Assembly: GCA_028023455.1 (NCBI GenBank)
Contig: JAQFVV010000011.1
Coordinates: forward strand, 4,278,001-4,342,000
Length of the DNA stretch: 64,000 nucleotides
Origin: Epiperipatus broadwayi
Lineage: Eukaryota; Animalia; Onychophora
Reading direction: 5' to 3'
Each line of letters begins with the position of its first letter. Position 1 is the stretch's first letter. Of the stretch, positions 1 through 12,889 are shown piece by piece. The notes beneath the pieces were generated by a model. It made no database searches and was not told where the DNA came from. It was given only the letters and a program-made list of their open reading frames with translations. The position numbers and the translations under genes were made by a program.

Positions 1-505
1 AAATATTGTACAAATTTAAAAAAAAAAAAAATACGAGTAAATATAAAAACTTTTAAAAATACGCAGTAAATCTAAAAACTTTTAAAGATGTATTTCCAAA
101 AAAATAAAAAACAGCAAAGTGATGCCATTGACGGTTTTAGACATTTCAATATTTTGGAAGATTTTTAACAAAAAATGTAGTATTCAGTAGATGATTATTG
201 AGAAATCAAGGTAATATTGTAGTGAAATTCAAACAAATATTGTACAAATTTAAAAAAAAAAAACGAATAAATCTAAAAACTACGCATTTCAAAAAAAAAA
301 AAAAAAAAAAAACAAACAAACAGCAAATGTGGCACCATTGACGGTTTTAGATATTTCAATATTTTGGAAGATTTTTAACAAAAAATGTAGTATATATTCA
401 GTAGATGATTATTGAGAAATCAAGATAATATTGTAATGAAATTCAAACAAATATTGTACAAAATTTAAAACAGAAAAATACGAGTAAATCTAAAAACTTT
501 TCAAA
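1..505. repeat. Tandem repeat, ~215-235 bp unit, about 2.2 copies (truncated by window start)
   Basis: Unit start AAATATTGTACAAA recurs at 1, 235 and 449; long shared blocks such as CCATTGACGGTTTTAGA and ATATTTTGGAAGATTTTTAACAAAAAATGTAG. Confidence 0.85.
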
Positions 506-1049
506 ACACATCACCACCACCACCCCAATTTTAAAAATTGACTAACTACATTTTTGTGATATTTACCATGAAATATTGTACAGGGAAATCTGATTATTTG
601 AACGTCTTCTACATGAGCCCAAAATGGACACCTGCTCAATAAAAGAAAAAAACAGAAAGCACAGAAAAAGCTAATGTGAAGATGTTAACGGATCCAAAAG
701 ATCGCACTGATAAGGAAAGATGTTTTGACACCTCTCACGGATTACTCAGTTGTGAGCGCCATTGGTCATTCCATCATCGTGATGTCACATATAAGGAAGT
801 ACATGTTTTCACACATCTAAAAATGGATTACTTTCACTTGTGAGTGCCGATTGTCATTCCAAGAGTCGTTGTGGATGTGAGAAGTCTCCTAACATCGCAG
901 GTTTAATACCAAAGTACCCCATTTTCATATTCTAATTTTATATTTTCAATATAATTATTTAAGAATGGGTTGTGGTGGTTGCGCGTGAATTATTTTGTTG
1001 AGGGGGGTAATATTTAATCACAATGTCTTAATGTCTTTACAAAATGTGT

Positions 1050-1440
1050 GTTCGCAAAGTTTCCAATTTTAATCCATACTCAGCATTGAAACAATCAAGT
1101 TGTAGAAAAATTTTGCCTAATTCATTTTAAAATATTTTAACTTCATCAATGTGGGCTACAAATCCACATAAAATTTTGTCTCTGTTTGGCCATTCAACCT
1201 TCTGATTCTAACAATAGATTGCTATATTTGGGTTCTGCATCTTCCAATAAGGATAAGACATGCTTAGATGTGAGAGTTTTGATTAAATTTATTATTTCTA
1301 TTACAATATTTATAACTTTGTAAAATTAGTTTGGAAAATGCTTTTTTCAGAGATTATATAATGAAACAATAAAATTGGATACCTGACATTAATTCAATGG
1401 TGGAATAGCAGATTCTAGAATCCAAAATCAATGGATTGCA
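1050..1440 (-). pseudogene. Possible highly decayed hAT (Charlie/SPIN-like) transposase fragment
   Basis: Minus-strand translation with stops and frameshifts gives LLEDAEPKYSNLLLESEG*...IDEVKIF*NELGK, loosely resembling the DLLYHTEVRWLS...EIKLFL region of Charlie-type transposases. Weak, by eye only. Confidence 0.3.
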
Positions 1441-4400
1441 ACATAATTTTTTAATTTCCTGTGCTTGAACTTTTTATGATTCCCATGCAATTATTATTAT
1501 GTATAAAGTTGAATGATAGATTTTATTTTTTAAAAGTTTAAAATAAAATAATATTTTTATTGTCTATGGCCAGAGTTTTATCAGGTGCTACAAATGATTT
1601 TTTTTTAAAATTTCTTCAGTCTGTGAAATTCATACATTTTTTAAAAAAACATCAAATTCTTTAATTAACATTGATTCTGTATATTGTTCTGATTTAATTT
1701 GGCTATTATAAACTACTATTGCAAATCAAACAATATTAATAATTTCATCAAGATGCAACCCTGAAAATTTCAATATTTACTTTTAGGATTATATAAGTAT
1801 TATGCTTGCTGTATCCCAGATTCACCTCTTGTAAGTTTGAGGTATCAATGTATACAACACAAACTAAGTTTTTGCTAATGACTTTCATCAAAGAGGAGTT
1901 TTGGACGACATATGTACAGATCTAATGTCCATTGATTTCTTGTGTTTGCAATAAGTGGTTTGTAATAGAATAAACAATAATTGTCTGTTTATAAAAGCAC
2001 ATGTTGATTGTAAACTGTTTTGATTCTTAAAATCTTTAAAAAATTTCTCAGCATGATCATCAAAGGTATTTTCCAGACAATTGTCATCCTTAAAAGGATT
2101 TTAATATTTTATATTGTAAAGGGATATAATAAATCATCTTTTGTTAAGTGCTGATCTAATTCAAACGTTTTCTGTGATTCCCCTCCCTTTTTTCTCATTT
2201 AATATTTATTCATTTTTGTTTACTGAATTTTCTTTTATGTTAAATTTGCTCATTTGTTATACTTCTGAAATTTTTTTCCTTCACAGTTTGAAAATTCTTA
2301 CTTCACTTTTTCTTTGCTTCTTATGCTCATTAAAAATAATGTATATTGTTTAGATAAGGATATTACTTTTTATGGTATCTTATAAAATTGATGCAAATTT
2401 AAAATGACTGACAATAACTATTTGACTTATCAGCATAAAGAACAGTCATATGACATCATGAACTGTCACACACTAGGAAGCATGCTTCAATAAAAAGAGT
2501 AAAAAGATTCTCTCGAAACAATAAAAGTTCACAATGCAAGAGCTATGATTATGGTGATTTCACCAAAAATGCACTTACCCTTAGATTATAAAGAAGAAAG
2601 AACCATTTCCATATGCAGATGAACAAATGTTTGCAAATTTTAACTATTAAGTATAAGCAACCCCCTCCCCTCAAAAAAAAAATATTTATTTACTTTCTAT
2701 TTAAAAAAAAAAAAATTGTTAATTTTCAAATGCAAACCTTTGGTTAATTATCCCAGATGTTCTCACAAATCAATGCAAAACTCATGGGCCATCTGTGGGC
2801 ATCAACTATTGTGGAGTATACATAGTATGAAATATTTTATTTCCTGTAGTAAAATTTAAATGATTAAAAATAGATTTCCCGCAACTAATACTTTTGTTAT
2901 TAATAAAAACTCAATGAAACATGGTGATGGTGAGAATAATGTAAATATTGTACAAAATAATGAACTTATACAGTTTCAACATATTAAGAGGAAGAGGAAA
3001 GAGTTTGATATGCAGTATTAATTCTAATATTTGAGAAAAATAAGTGAATGCCAAGAAACAGCAATTGTTAGAAAATTTCTGCAAGAACTAACTTGTAAAA
3101 ATCACTGCACCACTGCTCCTTTTTCATAGCAAATTTAAGTAATTGTCAGTGTGAAAAGAAAGGAGAATTCGATTAGAACAGCCAATTCTATCATCTAAAA
3201 TAAAACAATAGATATAATATTAAATTATTGTATGTTTTTATTAAACTTACCGTTTTTTTATCTTGATTAAATCGTATAACTCAATTTTTATCCAATTACC
3301 AACTTGCAATCTAGTTGAAAATTCGCATACATATGTATTCTCAATGTCAATACATTTTTTATAGAATTTGCAAACAATTTTGGCAAAAAATTAGTGAAAA
3401 ATTTAAATTTTATATGTAACATTAATGTCAGCAGTATCTAGAGGGACTCCTTGTAATTTAAAACTGAACGATTCTTTGAAAACTGATTTCAATAATTCAT
3501 TGTTGTATATATAAAACTAAAATGCAGAAAACATTTTTAAAAAAGCTTTTATTCACATAAATGCTATAAAAAAGTAAATAAAATGTCTTTAGCTTTCACG
3601 AATAAAAGTTATAGAGTGGTCGTATTTAGAAATGGAAATGTTGCTACGATTAATCACAAACCAGATTCCTTAAGATTCATAAACTTGCATTTAATGACCA
3701 CTTGCTTATATCAATGCCAATTTATTTGGCAGATCCTCTTTTCATCTTAACAATATATTGTCATTGACACAAGAACATGGCATTAATAGCAAGTTTATTT
3801 AAATGATTTTTTGGAAATGGACATGTGAGTTGTTATAGTAATATTTCTAAACATACCCATCTTACACTTTGATTTGGTAAAGGTGAAAAATATATATATT
3901 TATTTATTAGTTCATTTTTTTTAGAAAATTTACATTTTTTATTTTTTTACTAGTAAATTTTAAAGAATTATAAAGTTTTAATATATATAAAAATTTTATA
4001 ATCTTATTAAATAAAATTTAATTGTACTGGTATGTATTGCTTCTATTAAATGACCAAATTTACAACTATTTTGCTTTGTATTTCAATTTTTGGAATGCTT
4101 TCTATGCACTAATTAGAATGTGCTTAAAATAAACAAATGTCACTTGCTGAAAACTTTTTTTTTTGTAAGAATCTGGTTCATTCCATGGGTTTGTGCCACC
4201 CAAGTGTAAAAATTATATTGTTTTTATTTGAGTCAATTTAATTCTAGGATGACAATTAATGAATCAACTGTTAGATGGCTTTCTATAGCAATTTTATAAC
4301 AAATTTTTGACATTTGTTAATGAGATTATAATATTGGACATGTATGCATGTATAATAATAGTGCTGATGAAATGGCTTCAAATACAGTAAGGTTGTCTGT

Positions 4401-6102
4401 CTCAAAATCAACATAGATACTGTAACACTACGGGGAATTACAGGGTAGTACCTGGGGTGATGATCACCAGTATTGAACATCAACTGCCCTTAATTGATTA
4501 ACCATTTATAACTCTACATAAAATTGAGGTTTAAACTGTGAGGGATCCAAGGAATTGTATTTTTATCCTCAAGTTTAAAAAAAACAACAACTTTAATCTC
4601 AAAAGGGATGAGCATAATAGATCACGCAGAAGTCAGCATAGCTAACTAATTTCACCAGCACTCCCCAAAAGTAATATTTATTCATCATCATGAATGATCT
4701 ATCAAAATAAATCAATAGTCAATCTTGTAACTGGATTTGCTCCTGTAAACCAGGTTAACTATTGAGCCTTTGCCAGCTTGGACAATTATTTAAACTCTAG
4801 TTTGTATGCACAAACTTAAGTGCTAATCCATAAGAATACAACAAAAAAAATAATGCTGGAATATCAAAACATGCTGATTGTCATCAATGCTCTGGCCACT
4901 TAGTACCATTAATGTACCGGCCAACTATGAAGTTAATTTCTAATAGAGACTAAACTAAATAAAATGTGCATGGACTTTGAAGAATATCCTTTTCATGCCC
5001 AAGCCAGGAATCATTATCATCTGGATGCCCATACCCTAAATATAAATCCTTTGGACCCCATATAGCTGTTATGCACAAATCTAATCCAGGAAGCAAGGAG
5101 TCTAATTTATCACTGTAAGAGGGAAATAAATTAATTAGCCTATTATAAAGAACCTTAAGCAAGTCACGGGCTTCCACTACTTATAAATAATTAGTTTTAT
5201 TGGGATCATCAAAAAAAAAACTAAATCATAGAATATAAGCTATCATGATATAAGGTCACACACATGCTGCACTTCTTGAAACAGGAATTGGATAGAATAA
5301 AATAATTAAGACTAGAAATAATATTTTTTTAAAAATAATTATTTAATATCTAATTAATAATGACAAAAACAAAGATGTCATGATGATATGACATCTTAAA
5401 CACTCATTTCAAAAAATATATTTTTTCACAAAAATTATATTAACCAATTATTAATTTTTATTCCTGAATTGATTTTAAATTCATTAAGTTGTTTAAAAAT
5501 AACTAAGAGTTTGTTAATATTTTCAAAAATCAAAGATAGCAATCTTTGATTCTACCCAGAGGGCAAATTGAGAGAGAGAAAAAAACTATTACATTTATGA
5601 AACACTAACAGATTTTCTATTAATAAAAATATAGTGTGCACACATAAAAAAATAATACCTTTAGCCATGGCTTTAGTATTGATTGGGTCCTTTTCAATTG
5701 CAGTTTCCAGTTTTCTGTTCAATTGAGCTTTTCATTGAAGACTTATTAGACATAGCATGGTTAAGGTGTCCTTTTTCTGGTCTGTAGCAATTCAAGGTAA
5801 AAATGAAAAAATAGCACATTTTGTTTATTTGGTTCTCTTAAATTTCCAGGAGAGACAGATGTAGGTAGACTTTTCATGCTCTTGGTTGAAGTCACAATTG
5901 CAGACTACTTTAGGGGGGGGTACTTTTCATGCATTTTCTTCCCATGAAGATAGGTTATATGGAAGAAGGCAATGCCTAGCTTTTAGCTGAACTTAGCACA
6001 TGGTTTTTATTGTACAAATCATTTTCATAGTATGCTAAAAGCTTGATAGCAAAATAACTTTTATTCAACAACTTGGTACAGATTTCTGTATCTTTCTTCT
6101 TT

Positions 6103-6298
6103 AGCAGCTAGATTAAAATTTCACTGCTTTCTCTTCAACAGCTAAGTAAGGAATACTATTTTTTTCAGCAGCAGAATTAAGATTTAACTGCTCTCTTCAA
6201 CAGTTAAGTTAGCTACAATTTCTTCTATATTTTTGAGCCACAGAATTGAGATTTGACTGTTCTCTTCAACAATTAAGTTAGCAATACCTCTTTCTAGA
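6103..6298. repeat. Three diverged tandem copies of a ~65 bp unit
   Basis: Core (A/G)ATTT(C/A/G)ACTG..TCTCTTCAACA..TAAGT repeated three times. Confidence 0.75.
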
Positions 6299-7795
6299 CA
6301 TTTGGATAAACATTAATTCACACCCCCACATATGATTTTTTTTAACATTCTTACCCATAAGCCAATTACAATCTGCTGTCTCCTACATGATAATTTTCAT
6401 GACAACCAATTAGATAAAATTTCATAAATACACTGGTTCAAGTAATTCTTCCTTCTTAATCATGGATAGTGAAAACAAGTTAAGAACTTAAATTTAACAA
6501 CATAAAAATTCTTGACATTCCTTTATAATTAAAAACCAAATCTCGCAAAAACAAAACAAGATAATCTGTTAATTGCACTGATTAGATTTTTCTTTTTTAT
6601 TAAATAGAGATAAAGACAGGAAAACAACTCTGATTAATTAAAAATAAAATTTACAAATGTATTAAAATCTTATTTTGTTTTTCTCTTTTTTTTAAAAAAA
6701 AAAGTCTTAAATATATTTAATGTTTGAGAATTCTCATTCTGTCATGTTGGAATTTAAAATATTTAATTAAATAAAGACCCATAAAAAATATGTGTTGGAA
6801 AATTAAATTTTATTTTCCCCATTAATAATTTTTTTTTAATTTTCAAACCCGAGGAACATGCTGCCAACTATCTAATTATTTATTTTTCTAGTATAGCTAT
6901 GTAACCAACATAATCATAGACTTAGTCTAACTGATAAAATAATACAAACGTGTAAATAACAGCTATAATGAAATAAAATAATCAGATAACATCTACAAAA
7001 TCAAGTATTGAAACATCCGTTTTTATTTTTTATTTATTCATTTAATTTTTTTATTAAGACAAATCATTTGTGCCGCATGGGTGCATTGCATGCCAGCACA
7101 AAATAGGCCTGGTAAGGATTATTTTGAATATAATTTTAATATCTTATAAAGTCCCCATAAGTTTAAAAGGCACTAGTATCATCGACTGTACCGGTCGCTT
7201 GATGGTACTGTTGCTATTCAAAAACATTGAAATATAACATTATCTGGCCATGACATATTAAATAACTGACCTTTTTTTAATAACTAAATAGTAAATGTCT
7301 TTTTTTTACATTTTTTTCACCTATTAAAGAACATCTTTTTTATTACATTTTTTTTTTTTAATAAGAAATTTTTTATTTACACAAAAAGGAATAATTGCCA
7401 TGTTTTTTGGTTAATGTAATTACTTTTTGGGGGGTTTGTTCATTGTTCTTCTAATGCAAATCATGTTTTTTGGGGGATGTTTTTAAATAAATCAATCCTT
7501 TTTTTGTAAACTTAACATAAACAATCAAACAACTACAAGAATTCATTTGAACATTTTTTTTATTGACACAAGTAACAAATGCCGTCTACTTGTCGGCTTT
7601 TTTTCTTAATCTATTTTTTTCCAACAAAAAAAACAACATTGAATAAAAAAATCACTTTCAAAGGAATAAATTAATGTACAATTACAAAAACCAAAAAACA
7701 ATGTCTTGAATGTTTTTTTCTGTATATGCAAGTTAGAATTGTAATAAAACAACTTTTTGAATAAGAAAAACAATGACATTAGCAAGAATCTTGGT

Positions 7796-8110
7796 CTAAC
7801 ATAAATTCATCTCTTTCAAAATTGAGTTGAAGAGATCTTGTCCATAGTGTAGATGCTGCCACATAAATTCGGCCAGGTAGTCATCGACTAATGACCTGAC
7901 AGTGCCTCTGTCATGTATTCTGCCATTTCAACACCCACAGCCTCTCAATGTTTTGTGTGGGGGTACCTGTGGAGGGGTCGACAAACTTATATCGGTGGTT
8001 TACTTTCAGGTGATGAAACCCGGCTGCCTTGAGATCAGCCATCCTGTAACCCTTCTAGCAATCAGAATAAATAGTCGATCCTGGTTTATCTTGCTTGTTT
8101 ACAAGTTAAG
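7796..8110 (-). pseudogene. Merlin/ISXO2-type DDE transposase C-terminal remnant
   Basis: Translates PGSTIYSDC*KGY...GFHHLKVNHRYKFVDPSTGTPTQNIERLW, then after a frameshift LVDDYLAEFMWQHLHYGQDLFNSILKEMNLC*. These match the Merlin motifs SD.W..Y, H..VNH...FVDP.TG.HTQ.IE..W and YL.EF.WR. Confidence 0.85.
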
Positions 8111-8543
8111 ATATTTTTTATCTTTAATTTCCATCTGTGTTACCAGTTTTCAAACAAAATCATTTCTTCAGTAATTGATAAAAATAGCACCAGTCTACTA
8201 ACTTTCTCTTTGTTATAATATCAAATTTAATATTTTATTGTTGTTTTTACAAATTTTAAAACCCAGGTGTGGTCAAATAATTTCCAAGAAATAAACTACT
8301 CCACAAAACAGATTTTAACTTGGTAAACATTTTAACATATATGTGAGTCTATCATCTGGAAATTATAACTTTTATGCAAGGAAAGCTAATTAGTATAAGA
8401 GATTTACCATAGCCGAGAAATAAAAATAATTTAAAAGAAATGACAAGGTTTGAAAACTATAACCTTACTGCTCCCTTCTCATATATGTATGTGTGAAAAT
8501 TCACATTTAAATTTATTACTTTTATATAGGTCACTTAACATTA

Positions 8544-8697
8544 TTTGAAGCATGCATTTATAAAATATATGCACATACATTCCTATACTTTTTATTAAGT
8601 TATTTTTAGTTAATCTTTGAAGTATGCTTTTATAAAATATATGCACATACATGCATATATGTATTAGCATACTTTTTATTAAGTTACTTTTGATTAG
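8544..8697. repeat. Two-copy ~72 bp tandem duplication inside the Merlin element
   Basis: TTTGAAG.ATGC.TTTATAAAATATATGCACATACAT at 8544 and 8616. Confidence 0.8.
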
Positions 8698-9877
8698 ACA
8701 CGCTAACTTGGAAAATTCAAGCAATAAAACAATATTAGTAAGACTATTTATTTCTTCTATCGCAAAGTCATGTTTTAAAATAGCTATTTTGTGAGTCTCG
8801 CATCATCTCGCGAATACCATGACTATGCAATAATTCGCACTTACAACAAAACTCTAATTTTATACCCTTCCAAACTTAGTTCAGAACCATGGCAATGGTT
8901 TTAAAATTATTTGGAGTTAATACTCCATCATTAAAATGTAATATAATAATGTTTTCAATAATATTTCAAATATTATATTGTATTAAAATCTACACACCTC
9001 AAATTATACGATAGCGCAGGCTCAATATCGATGATTTGTAGAGTAAGAACAGGTTGCATTAGCCAAGTGTGAATTGTGAGAAATTAGCATAACAAACTAC
9101 ATGTCATTGCAGCCTGCCTCAGAAACGGTATATTTAACTGTTTTTGAATAGCAACAACGCCATCCAGCGACCTGTACCGTTGATGGTACTAGTACCATTT
9201 AAAATTACTAATAACATTAAAGATTAGATTTTTTTATTGGCATGATGAACATAATATGTATAATGAATTCAAAAACATTATAGTCACACACACACACCAT
9301 GCTTTTTACAAGAATGACTGGCTACATTCTTTACATGAACATTCTGAAATTTTTATTTTTTTTTCATTTTTGGAAAAAAAAATTAGAAAAAGAAAATCAT
9401 ATTTTTGTATTTTTAAAACCCCACAGTAAATAAATTATTTCAAGCTATTTTCTTTGTCTGGTGATGAATTTGACTTTTTTTATTTTATTTTATGTGATGC
9501 AATATTTTTAAAATGAAATTCTAATCATCATTTTTCTTTAAGAATTCTAATAGTCCAACATATCACATCTATCAAAATTCTTTTTTTCAATGTTTTAATC
9601 ATTTATTATTGTTTTGTTTTTTAAAATCATTTAAACAAACACAAAATATTGGTATTATGTACTATAATATATTTTAAAAAATGAGGGAGACAAATTTAGA
9701 TATTATCAAGATACCAAAAAAATTTAAATAATGTAATAGAAACCATTCTTTTTTTCATTTTTTATCTCAGATATTTAGCACATTTCTAGTAATATTTTAT
9801 ATTTATTTAAACCCAAAAATGGTTGAATTATTAGGAAAAATCTTGATGTGTTTTCATAATACTGGTTTTTTTTTTTT

Positions 9878-9966
9878 GTCGAGAGGTCATCACAGTCGCC
9901 TTGCAAGCAAATAGTTGGTTGCAGACGGTTGTGGGTTTGCATCTCGGCCGATGCTATGACATATGA
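9878..9966 (+). repeat. tRNA-like dispersed repeat (5'-truncated copy) with palindromic long variable arm
   Basis: Homologous to 47953-48053 (-); A-box-like CGAGAGGTCA, T-arm-like GGGTTTGCATCTC, 3' acceptor-like CGATGC, shared 3' extension TA(T/G)ACATATGA. Confidence 0.5.
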
Positions 9967-10038
9967 GAAAAAATGAAAGTTTTTGTTTTAAAAATGAGAA
10001 TGATGGTTGGAACGGTAATCACGTACTTACCTTGCTAT

Positions 10039-10214
10039 GACGTCATGATGGTCAACATTGTTTCTACGCTTTTATGTTTACAATGTGTCTCATTTAGCGC
10101 TGGAATGGGTGGGGGGGGCAGCTCCGATGTTTTTATCTGTCTGGAGGACAGGCCAATACATGCTCAATTATAAAATTAAGCGTGCGTAGAAATAATGTTG
10201 ACCGTCATGACATC
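10039..10214. mobile_element. MITE-like element with 31-bp terminal inverted repeats
   Basis: GACGTCATGATGGTCAACATTGTTTCTACGC (10039-10069) is inverted at 10184-10214 with 3 mismatches; no clear TSD. Confidence 0.55.
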
Positions 10215-10647
10215 TTAGTTGTAGAACTCAATTAAGTTTAATAAGAAAAAAAGTATGCTGTAACAATATATATATATATTTTAAATTCAAACGGAGATAA
10301 TATTTGGGTTTAGCGCTGTAATTAGATAATTTCATAAATACAAATTTAAATATCAATAGAAATTTTATGATCTAAAGGTCAATTTATCTAGTGATAAAAA
10401 TAATTAATTCCTTTTATGTTTATTTAAACTTCCAAATGATATCTTTGAAACATTTTGTTCAAATTAATTGAGACATTTTGTTTACTTTTAGTTAAAAGTT
10501 CCATTTACAAATTGTATCAGATGATATATATATACACAAACAGTTTGATAGCTTTATATTAAGAGATTTACAATGCTTACCAAATTATTCTTTACAAAAT
10601 ATTGATTTTTTTTAATGGCGGAAACTTAAATTTATACTACTTTTAAT

Positions 10648-11393
10648 CAGGGATGGGCAAACGGTCGGTCATGCACAGCTTGATGTTTTCTGCCTGAATT
10701 CCAACTCTTATTTTTACATTTATATTTATAAATTCTATAACTGAGTTGACCGATGGTTAGACACCGCTATTTCTGTAGTATGCACTTCTTGCCAAAAGAA
10801 AAATATTCATTGTTGAGGTCAGTAGTAGCATTGAGGATTTTTGCATTTTTTGGATCTACTTATTTATGTGAATCAGCATTCTCTCAAATGAAATTAATTG
10901 AATCTCAGTTTAAAAATTCTCTTATGGATGAATGATGGCTTCCAATCCGTTGTATATTAGTAATTATAAACCAAACTATACGAATCTTTGTGAAGAAATG
11001 GAATGCCATGCTTCTTCATCAAAACAATAATTGTTATGTTGAATTATAATAAAATAATCAATAATAAATAATTTAATCAGATAATTTTTCTGTTGTTTCA
11101 CTCATTAATTAATTATTACCTCTGCTAAGATTCTGGATTCTATATCCTATCAATAAAAATAATATATTTAATCAAAGGTAGTTTTTTAAAAGTTTTTTAA
11201 TTTACAGCAATTCACACTCCTTAGGAATTCTTCCAACCAATCTTTAAAATGCTTATTTCTGTCAACGTAGCAAAAATATATAATAAATAATTAATAGTAA
11301 TCAATAAACAAAATTTAAATTTTATAAAACATTATTTATTCCTTTATTACCCAAAAAGTCGATCATGCTACTTTTAAAGTTTGCCAACCCTTG
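10648..11393 (+). mobile_element. Internally deleted hAT (Charlie/Buster-type) transposon retaining the transposase C-terminal dimerisation region
   Basis: TIRs CAGGGATGGGCAAAC / GTTTGCCAACCCTTG. ~10790-11030 translates LPKEKYSLLRSVVALRIFAFFGSTYLCESAFSQMKLIESQFKNSLMDE, matching the hAT dimerisation motif FGSTYLCE..FS.MK.IKS..R..L.DE. Confidence 0.8.
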
Positions 11394-12097
11394 TTGTAAA
11401 TAATACATGTTAATGTTTTGGTCAAGGACAGATAGCACCACATGATTCTTTCTTTTCACCATCTGATCTAACACCCGTAATCCAGTCTGTAATTCTATTC
11501 TTAAAGACCAATAGGGAAAATTATTCTGAACATTTAGTTGACACTACTATCTGCTTCTGCCCACTGATTTACTCACACCTCTAAAAATAAATTTGGAATA
11601 AAGAAAATAGAATTCTATTTCTAAAGCAGATATTGAAAGTAGATTGAAATGGTCATGTGATATTGTTTGCTATAGATAATTTTTACTGAATGCTTGAGGG
11701 TGTCCTACATTAGCATTTAACTGAACATAAAAACATATTCCTGATTGAATGCAAGTCCTATATTTACAAGCAAATGTGAATTTTAAAATATATTTTAAAT
11801 CTCAGATCATTAGCTTAGATATTAAAAGAGTAGAAAGATAATTTAGGGCTGTGAATCCATTATTTAGATAATGGCAAATGTGGTTGGCTATTCATTCTAT
11901 GATTATTCAAGCCTAGACTAGAATAATAGAATGGATAGTTTGTTCTGACATGTATATTAATGTTATAGAGGATTTGAATACAGACTTTCAAGCTCCCTTC
12001 ATCTACGGATACACATGTCCACACATATGTGAAAAAGATAAATAATCTCCAATATACATATTTTTTACTGAACCACCAATCAGCAGTTGCTCTAGAT

Positions 12098-12538
12098 CAG
12101 GGGTAGGCAATTGTTTTGGCTCAGGGGCCGCAGAGGTTGGTGAAGGTCTGCATCTTTTTTTCATGACACAATAACTACATTGCTTTATTCCCTGTAATAC
12201 CAAAGAAATATTTGTTTGTCCATTCTTCATTAAACACATGACATTCATCGCAAATTTAAATTTTTTTTGAGGGTTCATGGTTTCTCTAAAGTTGGAAATG
12301 TATATATTTGCTAATGCAAAGACAAAATTGAAATTAACCAGATAAACTGGAAAAGCACTGCACATTGTATCTACACTGCGCATGTGTATTGACATGGCCA
12401 TCCTAGTGGAAAATATGAGGTGAATCTTCAGTCGCTCATGGGATTGAAATCTCAGTTCAAGGTGGATTTTTCTTATTATCTTGGCGGGCCACATAAAAAC
12501 TCTTAGCAGGCTGCATGTGGCTCTTGGGCCCACCCCTG
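12098..12538. mobile_element. hAT MITE (Charlie/Buster-type), 441 bp
   Basis: Termini CAGGGGTAGGCAA...GGCCCACCCCTG; 8-bp TSD ctctagat / gtttagat fits the nTCTAGAn target preference. Confidence 0.85.
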
Positions 12539-12847
12539 GTTTAGATCATCTGCCACACATGTAATGAGTGCTCGGTTTATATTCAGGTAACAGATCTTCA
12601 AACTTTAATAGTCAGGCTTCAATCTATTCCACCCCCAACTCTTCAGCCATCCGTACATTGAAAATTTGATGATGGAACATCCAAATCCCTTGTTTATGCC
12701 AATATTATTGTTATACCTATGTTGACCTTTAAGAGTTGGGATGGTGGGGGTGGAGCAGATTGAAGTCTGTCCATTAAAGTTTGAAGATTTTCTATCTTAA
12801 TATAAACAGAGTACTGATTATATATGTGTGGGAGATGATAATCTGGA

Positions 12848-12889
12848 TCAACTGATGAGTGCTGGTTCAGCATGAAATACGTATATTGG
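12848..12889 (+). ncRNA. Putative type I hammerhead ribozyme, family F
   Basis: tcaa-CTGATGA-gtgctg(gtt)cagcat-GAA-ATACGTAT-A/ttgg: intact core, 6-bp stem II, 8-nt palindromic stem III, predicted cleavage after A12885 (AUA triplet). Confidence 0.7.

Larger units (their letters stand above)
7169..9196 (-). mobile_element. Merlin (IS1016/ISXO2-like) DNA transposon, decayed
   Basis: ~75-80 bp imperfect TIRs starting GG(C/T)ACTAGTA(T/C)CATC at 7169 and ending at 9196; 8-bp TSD gtttaaaa (7161-7168) / atttaaaa (9197-9204); internal Merlin-type transposase remnant. Confidence 0.8.

Noticed and set aside
7070-7110. Candidate exon ending CCTG|gtaagg
   Set aside because: Translation (WVHCMPAQNRPG) has no kinase similarity and no clear start or acceptor.
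7163-9202. Kolobok or piggyBac interpretation from flanking TTAA
   Set aside because: The TTAA is part of a longer 8-bp TSD, the termini start GG, and the internal protein is Merlin-type.
12003-12533. 176-aa ORF as a host gene
   Set aside because: Lies almost wholly in a hAT MITE and runs into a family F arm; no recognisable domain or splice context.
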